Source: Gammaproteobacteria bacterium (GTDB lineage Bacteria; Pseudomonadota; Gammaproteobacteria; Steroidobacterales; Steroidobacteraceae). Taken from it: a stretch of 64,000 nucleotides of DNA. A model generated the notes under the pieces. The model saw only the letters and a program-made list of their open reading frames with translations, was not told the DNA's origin and made no database searches. The stretch spans positions 499-64,498 of the forward strand of contig DAIDHD010000059.1 in assembly GCA_027459765.1 (NCBI GenBank), in the 5' to 3' direction. Position numbers and translations under genes: made by a program. Positions 1 through 9,283 of the stretch are shown here, piece by piece; position 1 is the first letter of the stretch; each line of letters starts with the position of its first letter.

Positions 1-367
1 CATCGCGCGCGGTGTCGCGCATCACCCCCGGCCAGCGCAACAGGTCGAGCACGTCGATGCGTGCCGACGGGCCGGCGGCGGTGGCGAGGGTCCGCACCCG
101 CTCGGTGAGCGCGCCGAGCACCTGGGCGTCCACCTCGAGCCCGGTCGCGGTGACGCTTGGCCGGAAGTACAGCGTGCACTCCACCTTGCCGCGGCGCACG
201 GCGGCGGCGATGGTCTGGCGGAAGTCGGACTCGGCGGCGCGCAACTCCTCCGGCAGCCGCAGACCGATCTCCAGGTAGCGGTGGTTGACGGTCTTCAGTT
301 CCCAGGCGAGGAGTCCGAACGGGTGCTGGCGTTCGCGGCGTGCGAAGCCGGTCATGCTGCGAATCAT
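1..367 (-). CDS. yicC: YicC family stress-induced protein, N-terminal part (gene continues beyond the window start)
   Basis: Reverse-strand translation from the ATG at 367 reads MIRSMTGFARRERQHPFGLLAWELKTVNHRYLEIGLRLPEEL..., the canonical YicC N-terminus. The ORF runs off the window edge, so it is absent from the ORF track. yicC lies near rph in E. coli as well. Confidence 0.8.
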   Translation of the reverse strand, partial: MIRSMTGFARRERQHPFGLLAWELKTVNHRYLEIGLRLPEELRAAESDFRQTIAAAVRRGKVECTLYFRPSVTATGLEVDAQVLGALTERVRTLATAAGPSARIDVLDLLRWPGVMRDTARD

Positions 368-412
368 GGCGGTGGACCGGAAAGTCGGGTGGAGGCGCGA
401 AAATCGGTAATA

Positions 413-1198
413 ATGACCCGCGGGAGCTTATCAGAAGGCGGGGAGCGACCGTTGCAGATCGAGACGGCGGATGTGAGCCTCATCGGCCACCGCGAGGAGA
501 ATCAGGACCGGGTCGCGGTGGCGGCGGGCGAGCACGCAGTGCTGCTCGTGGTGATCGACGGCATGGGCGGCCACGCCGAGGGCGCGCGCGCGGCGGAAAC
601 GGCGCTCGCCTCGCTGCTCGAGGCCTTCTGGCAGACCCCGCACCCGATATTCGATCCGCTCGGCTTCCTGCACCTGGCGCTCGGTCGCGCCCACGATGAA
701 GTCGCCAAGCTCGGTGCCGGCTTGGCGGTCGAGGCGCGGCCGCGGGCGACCTGTGCGGTCTGCCTGGTGCAGGACGCCTCGGCGTACTGGGCCCACGTCG
801 GCGACAGCCGCGTCTATCAGCTGCGCGCGACGCAGGTGCTCGATCGCACCCGCGACCACAGCCACGTCGAGGTGCTGCTGCGCGAGGGATTGATCACCGA
901 GGCCGAGGTGCACGGCCACCCGATGCGCAACTACGTCGAGTGCTGCCTCGGCGGCGACACGGCCCTGCCGGAAATGACCATCTCCACGCGTCGCGGCTTG
1001 CAGGCCGGCGACGTCCTCTTGCTGTGCACGGATGGCCTGTGGGCCAGCCTCAAGGACCAGGATCTCGTGAAATTCGCACAATCGTCCGGCAGGAGCCTGC
1101 GCGACGCGCTGCTGGAACTGGGCAAGCGCGCGGTCGAGGCGGCCGCCCCCTACAGCGACAACACCAGCGCCGCGGCGCTGCGCTTCGTCGCGGCATGA
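413..1198 (+). CDS. PP2C-family Ser/Thr protein phosphatase
   Basis: Lies in track ORF 281..1198. I chose the internal ATG at 413 (MTRGSL...) because 281..367 overlaps yicC. PP2C-like blocks are present: [32 protein letters not shown]. Confidence 0.8.
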   Translation: MTRGSLSEGGERPLQIETADVSLIGHREENQDRVAVAAGEHAVLLVVIDGMGGHAEGARAAETALASLLEAFWQTPHPIFDPLGFLHLALGRAHDEVAKLGAGLAVEARPRATCAVCLVQDASAYWAHVGDSRVYQLRATQVLDRTRDHSHVEVLLREGLITEAEVHGHPMRNYVECCLGGDTALPEMTISTRRGLQAGDVLLLCTDGLWASLKDQDLVKFAQSSGRSLRDALLELGKRAVEAAAPYSDNTSAAALRFVAA

Positions 1199-1917
1199 GC
1201 GCGCGGCCGAGCGGGCGCGCGCCCGACGAATTGCGCGCGGTCAGCTTCGAGCGCGGCTTCACCCGCCACGCGGAAGGATCGGTGCTGGTGAGCTTCGGCG
1301 CGACGCGCGTGCTGTGCACCGCGAGCATCGAGGACGGCGTGCCCTCGTTCCTGCGCGGCACCGGCCAGGGGTGGATCACGGCCGAGTACGGCATGCTGCC
1401 GCGCGCCACCCACACCCGCTCGGCGCGCGAGGCGGCGCGCGGCAAGCAGACCGGCCGCACCCAGGAGATCCAGCGCCTGATCGGCCGCGCGCTGCGCGCG
1501 GTGGTGGACTTGAAGGCGCTCGGCGAGCGCACCGTGACCATCGACTGCGACGTGCTGCAGGCCGACGGTGGCACGCGCACCGCCGCGATCACCGGCGGCT
1601 ACGTGGCGCTCGCGGATGCGGTCGACACGCTGCTCGCGCGCCGCGCGATCGCCGCCAGTCCGCTGCACGGCCAGGTGGCGGCGGTGTCGGTGGGCATCTA
1701 TCGCGGCGTGCCGGTGGTGGACCTCGACTACGCCGAGGACTCGAACGCCGAGACCGACATGAACGTGGTCATGAACAGCGGCGGCGCCTTCGTCGAGGTG
1801 CAGGGCACGGCCGAAGGCCACGCCTTTCGCCGCCAGGAATTGGATCGCCTGCTCGACCTCGCCGCGCAGGGCATCGAGCGCCTGCATGCCGCGCAAGCCG
1901 CCGCCCGCTCGGCCTGA
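1195..1917 (+). CDS. rph: Ribonuclease PH
   Basis: In-frame ATG at 1195 inside ORF 940..1917. The product begins [35 protein letters not shown] and contains [18 protein letters not shown], typical of RNase PH. The start overlaps the PP2C stop (ATGA). Confidence 0.95.
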   Translation: MSARPSGRAPDELRAVSFERGFTRHAEGSVLVSFGATRVLCTASIEDGVPSFLRGTGQGWITAEYGMLPRATHTRSAREAARGKQTGRTQEIQRLIGRALRAVVDLKALGERTVTIDCDVLQADGGTRTAAITGGYVALADAVDTLLARRAIAASPLHGQVAAVSVGIYRGVPVVDLDYAEDSNAETDMNVVMNSGGAFVEVQGTAEGHAFRRQELDRLLDLAAQGIERLHAAQAAARSA

Positions 1918-2527
1918 GCGGCTGGTCGTCGCCACCGCCAATCCCGGCAAGCTGCGCGAGTTTCGGGCGCTGCTCGCGGGCCTGCCCTACGAGGTGGTCG
2001 CGCAGGGCGATCTCGGCGTGCCCTCGCCGCCGGAGACGGGCACGACCTTCGCCGCCAACGCGCTCCTGAAGGCGCGGCACGCGGCACGCGCCACCGGCGG
2101 GGCCGCGCTCGCCGACGACTCGGGACTCGAGGTGGACGCACTCGGTGGCGCACCGGGGGTGTACTCCGCGCGCTACGCCGGCGAGGGCGCGAGCGACGCC
2201 GCCAACAACGAAAAGCTACTCGCGGCACTCGCCGGCGTGGCGCGTGGCCTGCGCGGCGCGCGCTACCGCTGCGTGCTCGCCTTCGTCGCCGGCCCCGAGG
2301 ACCCCGCGCCGCTGTTTGCCGAAGGGGTCTGGGAGGGAGAGATCCTCGCCGCACCGCGAGGCACCGGTGGCTTCGGCTACGACCCGCTGTTCTGGCTCGC
2401 CGAGCGCGAGGCGAGCGCCGCCGAGCTCGCACCTGCGCTCAAGAACGAGCTCAGCCACCGCGGCCAGGCGCTCGCGAACCTGCGCGCGCAGCTCGAGGCA
2501 CGCGCGCGCGCCGCGCGACGGCCGTGA
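1886..2527 (+). CDS. rdgB: Non-canonical purine NTP pyrophosphatase (RdgB/HAM1 family)
   Basis: ORF 1886..2527 contains [43 protein letters not shown] and SHRG motifs. The exact start is uncertain because it overlaps the rph end by about 30 nt. Confidence 0.9.
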   Translation: MPRKPPPARPERLVVATANPGKLREFRALLAGLPYEVVAQGDLGVPSPPETGTTFAANALLKARHAARATGGAALADDSGLEVDALGGAPGVYSARYAGEGASDAANNEKLLAALAGVARGLRGARYRCVLAFVAGPEDPAPLFAEGVWEGEILAAPRGTGGFGYDPLFWLAEREASAAELAPALKNELSHRGQALANLRAQLEARARAARRP

Positions 2528-3723
2528 GCGCGGCAACCGCCACGCACGCAAGCGCGCCGGCCGGCGCCGGTGACCTCACGGCCGTGCCGCTCGCGCTTTA
2601 CGTGCACCTGCCCTGGTGCGTGCGCAAGTGCCCCTACTGCGACTTCAACTCGCACCAGCTGAAGAGCGCGCGTCCCGAGCGCGGCTACGTCGACGCGCTG
2701 CTCGCCGACCTCGAGCGCGACGCGCCGCTGGTGGCGGGCCGCACGGTCGAGACGGTGTTCTTCGGCGGCGGTACGCCGAGCCTGTTCTCGCCCGAGGACT
2801 ACGCGCGTCTGCTCGCCGGCGTGCGTGCGCGCATCGAGCTCGCCGCCGACGCCGAGATCACCCTCGAGGCCAATCCCGGCGCGGTCGAGCGCGGCGCCTT
2901 CGCGGGCTACCGCGACGCCGGCATCAATCGCGTGTCGCTGGGGGTGCAGAGTTTCTCGCCGGTGGCGCTCGAACGCCTGGGCAGGGTGCACGGGGTGGAC
3001 GACGTGTACGCGTCGGTGGAGGAACTGCACACCGCTGGTCTCGTCAACTTCAACCTCGATCTGATGTACGCCCTGCCGCAGCAGTCGCTCGCGGAGGCGC
3101 ACGCCGACCTTGCGGCGGCGTGTCGGCTCGGCCCCGCGCACCTGTCTTATTACCAACTCACGCTCGAGCCGGGCACGGTGTTCCACGCGCGTCCGCCGGC
3201 GCTGCCCGACGAGGACACCGCCTGGGCGATGCACCTCGAGGGGCGGGCGGCGCTCGCACAGGCGGGCTTCGAGCGCTACGAGGTCTCGGCGTACGCGCGC
3301 CCGGGACGGCAGTGCCGCCACAACCTCAACTACTGGCGCTTCGGCGACTATCTCGGCATCGGTGCCGGCGCGCACGGCAAGATCACGACGAGCCTGCCCG
3401 CGGGCATTCTGCGCACCGAGAAGCCGAAGCAGCCCCGCGATTTTCTCGCCCACGTCACCGGCGGTGGCGCATCCCCGGCGGTGCGGCGGCCGATCGCGGT
3501 GGCCGACCTGCCGTTCGAGTTCATGCTGAATGCGCTGCGCCTCGACGCGGGCTTCGCTGCCGCCGAGTTCGCCGCACGCACGGGCCTCGACCCGGCGACC
3601 CTCGCGCCGGCCCTCGACGCAGCGCAGCGACGCGGGCTCTTGACTCCGACGACCACCGGGTGGCGACCGACCGAACTCGGCGCCCGCTTCTTGAATGACC
3701 TGCAGGCGAGCTTTTTGCCCTGA
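2524..3723 (+). CDS. hemW: Radical SAM heme chaperone HemW (HemN-like, oxygen-independent coproporphyrinogen oxidase family)
   Basis: ORF 2524..3723 carries LYVHLPWCVRKCPYCDFNS, a CxxxCxxC radical SAM motif. The rdgB-hemW adjacency matches E. coli yggV-yggW. The start overlaps the rdgB stop. Confidence 0.9.
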   Translation: MSAATATHASAPAGAGDLTAVPLALYVHLPWCVRKCPYCDFNSHQLKSARPERGYVDALLADLERDAPLVAGRTVETVFFGGGTPSLFSPEDYARLLAGVRARIELAADAEITLEANPGAVERGAFAGYRDAGINRVSLGVQSFSPVALERLGRVHGVDDVYASVEELHTAGLVNFNLDLMYALPQQSLAEAHADLAAACRLGPAHLSYYQLTLEPGTVFHARPPALPDEDTAWAMHLEGRAALAQAGFERYEVSAYARPGRQCRHNLNYWRFGDYLGIGAGAHGKITTSLPAGILRTEKPKQPRDFLAHVTGGGASPAVRRPIAVADLPFEFMLNALRLDAGFAAAEFAARTGLDPATLAPALDAAQRRGLLTPTTTGWRPTELGARFLNDLQASFLP

Positions 3724-3810
3724 TCCGGCGGCTAGCGGCTGCGGCGGGCCTCCCGACGAGGGCTTCCACGAGGCTTGACAGCGCTCGCGGAAGCGGTTCC
3801 GTCGGCGAGC

Positions 3811-4021
3811 TTATGCACACGACGGGGCAGGCCGAAGCGAAAAGGGTACCTACGTGACATTGCGCCAAACTTGGTTAAACACAGGCTCGTAAGTCTTTGT
3901 TTTATATTGGTGAAATGCCCTGATTAAATTTTGACCAAATTAACATTTACTCGAAAATTCGCGGCGGGCAGGCGCCGCTTTGCCGTTCATGCACAGACTT
4001 ATCCACAGGGAATGTGGACAA
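3811..4021. promoter_or_regulatory. Cluster of DnaA-box-like 9-mers flanking an AT-rich island
   Basis: The boxes are TTATGCACA at 3811..3819, TTAAACACA at 3875..3883, TTATCCACA at 3999..4007 and TGTGGACAA (TTGTCCACA on the minus strand) at 4013..4021. They flank an AT-rich stretch at about 3868..3960 in otherwise GC-rich DNA. The consensus DnaA box is TTATNCACA. Confidence 0.35.
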
Positions 4022-4107
4022 GATGGCATATTTGTGTCGCGGACGGCCGTGCTCGAGCCGGCCTACCGTGGCCACTGCGGGCCGCGGCGGGGCGCTCGCA
4101 GGTCGCC

Positions 4108-4137
4108 TTGCGGCCGCGGCAGGGCGAGGGGTAGTAT
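4108..4137 (+). promoter_or_regulatory. Candidate sigma70-type promoter for rpmE
   Basis: TTGCGG (4108..4113), 18 nt spacer, TAGTAT (4132..4137), about 90 nt upstream of the rpmE ATG. This is a pattern match only. Confidence 0.3.
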
Positions 4138-4229
4138 GTGCGGCTCGCGTGGCGTCGCGTCCTGCCCCTCGTTTCGAGGGCGGCGCGCCGATTCTGCCCT
4201 ACCAATAGCAACTCTCGAGGTTCCTCGCC

Positions 4230-4445
4230 ATGAAAGCCGGTATCCATCCCGAGTACAAGGAAATCACGGTCAACTGCAGCTGCGGCAACGTGTTCGTGAC
4301 GCGCTCGACCGTCGGCCAGGATCTGCACCTCGAAGTGTGCTCGAACTGCCACCCGTTCTATACCGGCAAGCAGAAGATCGTCGACACCGGCGGCCGCGTC
4401 GACAAGTTCCGCAAGAAGTACGCGAACCTCGCCCCCAAGGCCTGA
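4230..4445 (+). CDS. rpmE: 50S ribosomal protein L31
   Basis: [27 protein letters not shown]...[13 protein letters not shown] is an unmistakable L31 sequence of the Zn-ribbon CxxC type. Confidence 0.97.
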   Translation: MKAGIHPEYKEITVNCSCGNVFVTRSTVGQDLHLEVCSNCHPFYTGKQKIVDTGGRVDKFRKKYANLAPKA

Positions 4446-4451
4446 TCGCGC

Positions 4452-4496
4452 GGGCCGCGCGTGCGCACTCGCGCGCGGCCCCTCGCTTTTCTTTGC
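4452..4496 (+). terminator. Rho-independent terminator after rpmE
   Basis: Stem GGGCCGCGCG (4452..4461) pairs with CGCGCGGCCC (4472..4481), followed by the T-rich tract CGCTTTTCTTTG. Confidence 0.6.
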
Positions 4497-4634
4497 TTGG
4501 AAAATTCTTAGAAAAGTTCCCGGCTCGTCGTCGTCGTAGCGCCTGCGCGTCGCAGTGCGCACTCGTGCTCGCTCGCCCTTGATTCCGTCGGACGGGCGTG
4601 CAAACCTCGCCGCATCTTTTTCGAGAAGACGCGC

Positions 4635-5927
4635 ATGAGCCAGAAATTCGAACTGAAGAATCTCGCCACCGGCAAGAGCACGCAGCTCGACGTGATGTCG
4701 GGCAGCCTCGGGCCCGACGTGCTCAACATCTCCCAGCTCACCAAGGACATGGGGGTGTTCACCTTCGATCCCGGCTTCATGGCCACGGCGAGCACCGAGA
4801 GCCGCATCACTTTCATCGACGGCGACGCGGGTGAACTGCTGTACCGCGGCTATCCGGTCGCGCAGCTCGCGGAGCGCTCGAACTTCCTCGAAGTGGCGCA
4901 GCTGCTGATCACCGGCAAGCTCCCGACCAAGGCCGAATACGACGCGTTCGCCAATTCGATCACCCGGCACACGATGCTCAACGAGCACCTGTTGCGCTTC
5001 TACCAGGGCTTCCACCACGACGCGCACCCGATGGCCATGGTCTCGGCGGTGGTGGCCTCGATGGCGGCCTTCTATCGCGACGCCACCGACATCGGCGACC
5101 CGCGCCAGCGCGAGATCTTCGCGCACCGGATCATCGCCAAGCTCCCGACCATCGCCGCGGCGGCCTACAAGCACACGCTCGGCCAGCCGTTCGTGTATCC
5201 GCGCAACGACCTGCGCTACTGCGCGAACATCATGAACATGTTCTTCGCCGTGCCGTGCGAGCCCTACGCCATCGATCCGGTGGCGGCCGAGGCGCTCGAC
5301 CTGCTGTTCATCCTGCACGCCGACCACGAACAGAACGCGAGCACGTCGACCGTGCGCCTCGCCGGCAGCACCGGCACCAATCCGTACGCCGCGATTTCGG
5401 CGGGCGTGGCCTCGCTGTGGGGCCCGGCGCACGGTGGCGCCAACGAGGCGGTGATCGACATGCTCGACGAGATCGGCTCGGTGGCCAACATCGACAAGTT
5501 CCTCGCGCGCGTGAAGGACAAGAACGATCACGTGCGCCTGATGGGCTTCGGCCACCGGGTGTACAAGAACTTCGACCCGCGCGCCAAGATCATCCGCGAG
5601 ATGTGCTACCGCGTGCTCGACAAGCTCGGCAAGGGCAACGGGCCGATGTTCGAGCTCGCGCTCAAGCTCGAGGAGATCGCCCTCAAGGACGACTACTTCG
5701 TCTCGCGCAAGCTCTATCCGAACGTGGACTTCTATTCCGGCATCATCTACAGCGCGCTCGGCATCCCGCGCTCGATGTTCACGGTGATGTTCGCCATCGC
5801 TCGCACCGCCGGCTGGGTGGCGCACTGGCAGGAGATGGTGACCGATCCGCACATGCGCATCGGCCGCCCGCGCCAGCTGTACACCGGCCCCGGCAAGCGA
5901 GACTACGTGCCGTTCGAACAGCGCTGA
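4635..5927 (+). CDS. gltA: Citrate synthase (type II, hexameric Gram-negative type)
   Basis: The 430-aa product shows [33 protein letters not shown] and [14 protein letters not shown], which are conserved citrate synthase blocks. Confidence 0.95.
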   Translation: MSQKFELKNLATGKSTQLDVMSGSLGPDVLNISQLTKDMGVFTFDPGFMATASTESRITFIDGDAGELLYRGYPVAQLAERSNFLEVAQLLITGKLPTKAEYDAFANSITRHTMLNEHLLRFYQGFHHDAHPMAMVSAVVASMAAFYRDATDIGDPRQREIFAHRIIAKLPTIAAAAYKHTLGQPFVYPRNDLRYCANIMNMFFAVPCEPYAIDPVAAEALDLLFILHADHEQNASTSTVRLAGSTGTNPYAAISAGVASLWGPAHGGANEAVIDMLDEIGSVANIDKFLARVKDKNDHVRLMGFGHRVYKNFDPRAKIIREMCYRVLDKLGKGNGPMFELALKLEEIALKDDYFVSRKLYPNVDFYSGIIYSALGIPRSMFTVMFAIARTAGWVAHWQEMVTDPHMRIGRPRQLYTGPGKRDYVPFEQR

Positions 5928-5930
5928 CGC

Positions 5931-7724
5931 GTGCGATTCGAAGTCACGGCCGCAGGCCTCGCTCTCTCGGCCGCGCTCACGGCGGCCGGTGTGGCGGCGC
6001 CCGGCGACCCGCCGGCCACGCCGGCCACGCCGGCGCCCGGCGCGCGGCTTTGCGCCGACCCGCCCGGACCGGTCGCGGTCGGCATGGCGCAGTGGAACGG
6101 CTGGGGCCGTGATTCAGAGAACACGCGCTACCAGCCCGAGCCGGCACTGCGTGCCATCGACGTGCACAAGCTCGCGCTCAAGTGGGCCTTCGGCTTCGAG
6201 GGCAGCGCCGTTGCCGGACAGCCTTCGGTGGTCGACGGACGGCTGTTCGTGGCGAGCGCCGTGGGTCGCGTGTACGCGCTCGACGCGCGCACCGGGTGCA
6301 CCTACTGGACCTTCGACGCCGGCGCCGGCGTGCACACGCCCATCACCATCGGCGAGTACGCGCCGCCAAAATCCGCGGCGCCGACCAAGGCCACCGGCGC
6401 ACCGACGCCGAGGCACAAGACCCGCCACCACCACCGCGCCACGAAGCGCGCGGGGCCGCGCACCCTCGCGCACACCGATCTGCTGAAGGCGCCGAGCACC
6501 GCGTTCTTCGGTGACGACACCGGCACGGTTTATGCGCTCGATGCGCAGAGCGGCGCGCTGCGCTGGAAGGTGCGCATCGACGCGCACCCGCGAGCGCGGA
6601 TACTCGGCGCGCCGACCGTGAGCCACGGACGCCTGTACGTCGTGGTCGGCAGCGCCCGGCGGGAGGACGCGCCCTCGCCCACGCCGGCGAGTGCTGCCGT
6701 CCCGACCCACGCCGCCAACGAGGGCGTCGGCGCGGACTCGGGCAGCCGTGGCAGCGTGGTGGCGCTCGATGTGGTCAGCGGGCAGGTCTTGTGGAAGACG
6801 GTCATGGCGAACGCCGCCATCGGCGCCACGGCCGTGGTCAGCGCCGCCAGCCCCAGCGCCGGTTCTGCGCCGGCGGCGGCATCGCCGGTGATCGACCCGG
6901 CCGCGGACGGCGCCCCCGTGATGGCTGCGCCCAGCATCGACGATGCGCACGGGCTGCTCTACGTGGCCACCGACTCGGCGCGCGCACCGGACCTGCTGGA
7001 CAAAGCCGTGGTCGCGCTCGATCTCAACGACGGCCGGGTGCGCTGGGTCAAGCGGCTCGGCGGCGCGCCCCTGCCGGGCGCCGTGCCGGACCTCTCCGGT
7101 TTCACGACCTCCCCCATCCTGCGCCACCTGCCCGGTGAACGGCACGTGCTCGTGGTCACGCAGCGTTCGGGCACGGTGTTCGGACTCGACCCGGACCGCG
7201 GTGGCGAACTGCTGTGGACCGCGCGCGCGGGCGAGGGGAATTTCGGCGGAGTGGAGTGGGGCGCGGCGGCCGATCACCGCAGCGTGTACGTGCCGCTCTC
7301 CGGTCTCACCGAGGACCCGCTGCTCACCGAAGGCCGCGGCGCCGTCGGCGGCCTGGTGGCGCTCGATCTGAAGACCGGCGCGCGGCGCTGGCAGGTGGCG
7401 GCGCCGACGCCGGCCTGTGCCTGGGGGCCGCGCAGCTGCTCGCACGCCGAGGCGCAGGCGGCCACGCTCGTGCCGGGCGCGGTGTTCTCGGGCGCCATGG
7501 ACGGTCACCTGCGCGCCTACTCGACCATCGACGGCAAGATTCTCTGGGACTACGCCACCGCCACGGATTTCGTCACGGTCAACGGGGTCAAGGCGAGCGG
7601 TGGCTCGCTCGATCGCGGCGGACCGGTCATCGTCGATGGCATGTTGTACGTGAACTCCGGCTACGGCGAGCGCGTCGGCCAGCCGGGCAACGTGCTGTTG
7701 GCGTTCGCCGTACCCGGCAAGTGA
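5931..7724 (+). CDS. Secreted PQQ-like (BamB/PVA-dehydrogenase-type) beta-propeller repeat protein
   Basis: GTG start 3 nt after the gltA stop. It has a hydrophobic N-terminus, WNGWGRDSENTRY, and repeated 'G.VYALDA.TG...W' propeller blades, ending in GGPVIVDGMLYVNSGYG. Three Ala/Pro/Ser-rich insertions are present. Confidence 0.7.
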   Translation: MRFEVTAAGLALSAALTAAGVAAPGDPPATPATPAPGARLCADPPGPVAVGMAQWNGWGRDSENTRYQPEPALRAIDVHKLALKWAFGFEGSAVAGQPSVVDGRLFVASAVGRVYALDARTGCTYWTFDAGAGVHTPITIGEYAPPKSAAPTKATGAPTPRHKTRHHHRATKRAGPRTLAHTDLLKAPSTAFFGDDTGTVYALDAQSGALRWKVRIDAHPRARILGAPTVSHGRLYVVVGSARREDAPSPTPASAAVPTHAANEGVGADSGSRGSVVALDVVSGQVLWKTVMANAAIGATAVVSAASPSAGSAPAAASPVIDPAADGAPVMAAPSIDDAHGLLYVATDSARAPDLLDKAVVALDLNDGRVRWVKRLGGAPLPGAVPDLSGFTTSPILRHLPGERHVLVVTQRSGTVFGLDPDRGGELLWTARAGEGNFGGVEWGAAADHRSVYVPLSGLTEDPLLTEGRGAVGGLVALDLKTGARRWQVAAPTPACAWGPRSCSHAEAQAATLVPGAVFSGAMDGHLRAYSTIDGKILWDYATATDFVTVNGVKASGGSLDRGGPVIVDGMLYVNSGYGERVGQPGNVLLAFAVPGK

Positions 7725-7741
7725 TCCACCCGAGCAAACCC

Positions 7742-9277
7742 ATGCACCACCCGCGCTCGTTTCGCGACGGTTTCGTCGCGCTCCTCGTCTTGACGCTGCT
7801 CGCGACGGCGCCGCTGCTCGCCCCGCGGGCGCAGGCGGCCGCCACGCCCATCGAAGACTCGGTGGTCAAGGTGTTCGCGACGCTGCGCTACCCGGACCCG
7901 TTCAAGCCCTGGACCAAGCAGTCGCCCACCGAGATCACCGCCTCGGGGGTGGTGATCGACGGCAAGCGCATCCTCACCAATGCGCACGCGGTCTTGTACG
8001 CCAGCCAGGTCCAGGTGCAGGCGAACGCCGCCGGCGACAAGGTCTCGGCCAACGTGGTCGCGATCGCACCGGGCATAGATCTCGCCGTACTGTCGCTCGA
8101 CGATCCGGGCTTTTTCGACTCGCACCCGCCGCTCGCGCGCGCCAAGGCGCTGCCGCGCATCAAGGATCCGGTGCTAGCCTACGGCTTCCCCACCGGCGGC
8201 TCGTCGCTCTCGATCACCAAGGGCATCGTCTCGCGCATCGAATTCGCGAGCTACAAGTACCCGGTGTCGGGCCTGCGCATCCAGATCGACGCCGCCATCA
8301 ACCCCGGCAACAGCGGCGGGCCGGCCGTGGCCAACGACCAGATGATCGGGCTCGCCTTCAGTCGGCTCGGCGGCGATACCCAGAACATCGGCTACATCAT
8401 CCCGAACGAAGAGATCGATCTGTTCCTCGCCGACGTGGCGGACGGCCGCTACGACGGCAAGCCGACCATGTTCGACGAACTGCAGACGCTCGAGAACCCC
8501 GCGCTGCGCGAGTACCTGAAGCTCGACAAGAGCGTCGAGGGCATGGTCGTGCACCGGCCCGCCTCGAGCGATCCGGGCTACCCGCTCAAGGAGTGGGACG
8601 TCATCACCCGCATCGGCACGACGCCGGTCGACAACCAGGGCATGATCAAGCTGGACGCCGACCTGCGGGTCGGCCTCGCCTACGAGGTGCAGCACGTCGC
8701 GCGCAACGGACGCCTGCCCCTCACCGTGATCCGCGGCGGCAAGCGGCTCGAACTGCAGCTTCCGGTGGGCTCCGAGCGGCCGACGCTGGTGCGCGACCTG
8801 CACGGCGCCTATCCGTCGTACTTCATCTACGGGCCGCTGGTGTTCTCCACCGCCACCTGGCAGTACGTGGCGGCGCTCGAACAGCACGCCGGGCTGTTGC
8901 GCGCGCTCGGCCTGGTGCAGAGCCCGCTGGTGACCGAGGCGCTGGATGCGCCCACCCCGCAGCGGCAGGAACTCGTGGTGGTGTCCTCGCCGATGTTTCC
9001 GCACAAGCTCGCCAACGGCTACTCCAACCCGGCCGGCGCCGTGGTGTACGCGATCAACGGCACGCGCATCGCGAGCCTCGCCCAGCTGGTCGCGGTGCTG
9101 CGCGACCTGAAGGACCCGTACGTGACCATCGAATTCGATCAGCGTGGTGGGGAGGCACTGGTGTTCGAGCGCGCTGCGCTCGCCGCGGCCACCGACGACA
9201 TTCTCACCGACAACGGCGTGCGCGCGCAGGGTTCCGCGGACACGCTCGCCATCTGGCAGGCGCGGCCCGCGCACTGA
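7742..9277 (+). CDS. Secreted trypsin-like (S1C/Deg-type) serine protease
   Basis: In-frame ATG at 7742 in ORF 7214..9277. The signal peptide is MHHPRSFRDGFVALLVLTLLATAPLLAPRAQAAA. Catalytic-triad contexts are TNAHAV, DLAVL and GNSGGPA. The C-terminal half is of unknown fold. Confidence 0.8.
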   Translation: MHHPRSFRDGFVALLVLTLLATAPLLAPRAQAAATPIEDSVVKVFATLRYPDPFKPWTKQSPTEITASGVVIDGKRILTNAHAVLYASQVQVQANAAGDKVSANVVAIAPGIDLAVLSLDDPGFFDSHPPLARAKALPRIKDPVLAYGFPTGGSSLSITKGIVSRIEFASYKYPVSGLRIQIDAAINPGNSGGPAVANDQMIGLAFSRLGGDTQNIGYIIPNEEIDLFLADVADGRYDGKPTMFDELQTLENPALREYLKLDKSVEGMVVHRPASSDPGYPLKEWDVITRIGTTPVDNQGMIKLDADLRVGLAYEVQHVARNGRLPLTVIRGGKRLELQLPVGSERPTLVRDLHGAYPSYFIYGPLVFSTATWQYVAALEQHAGLLRALGLVQSPLVTEALDAPTPQRQELVVVSSPMFPHKLANGYSNPAGAVVYAINGTRIASLAQLVAVLRDLKDPYVTIEFDQRGGEALVFERAALAAATDDILTDNGVRAQGSADTLAIWQARPAH

Positions 9278-9283
9278 GCCGGT

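Noticed and set aside
3811-4021. Calling this locus the chromosomal origin (oriC)
   Set aside because: Gene orientation does not switch here. No dnaA, dnaN, gidA or parAB is nearby, there are only four boxes, and I cannot compute genome-wide skew. I kept it as a DnaA-box cluster finding, not an oriC feature.
3999-5852. 617-aa minus-strand ORF opposite rpmE and gltA
   Set aside because: It is antisense to two unmistakable genes (L31 and citrate synthase). It has no recognisable domains and an RHEDV-rich composition, which is an antisense artefact.
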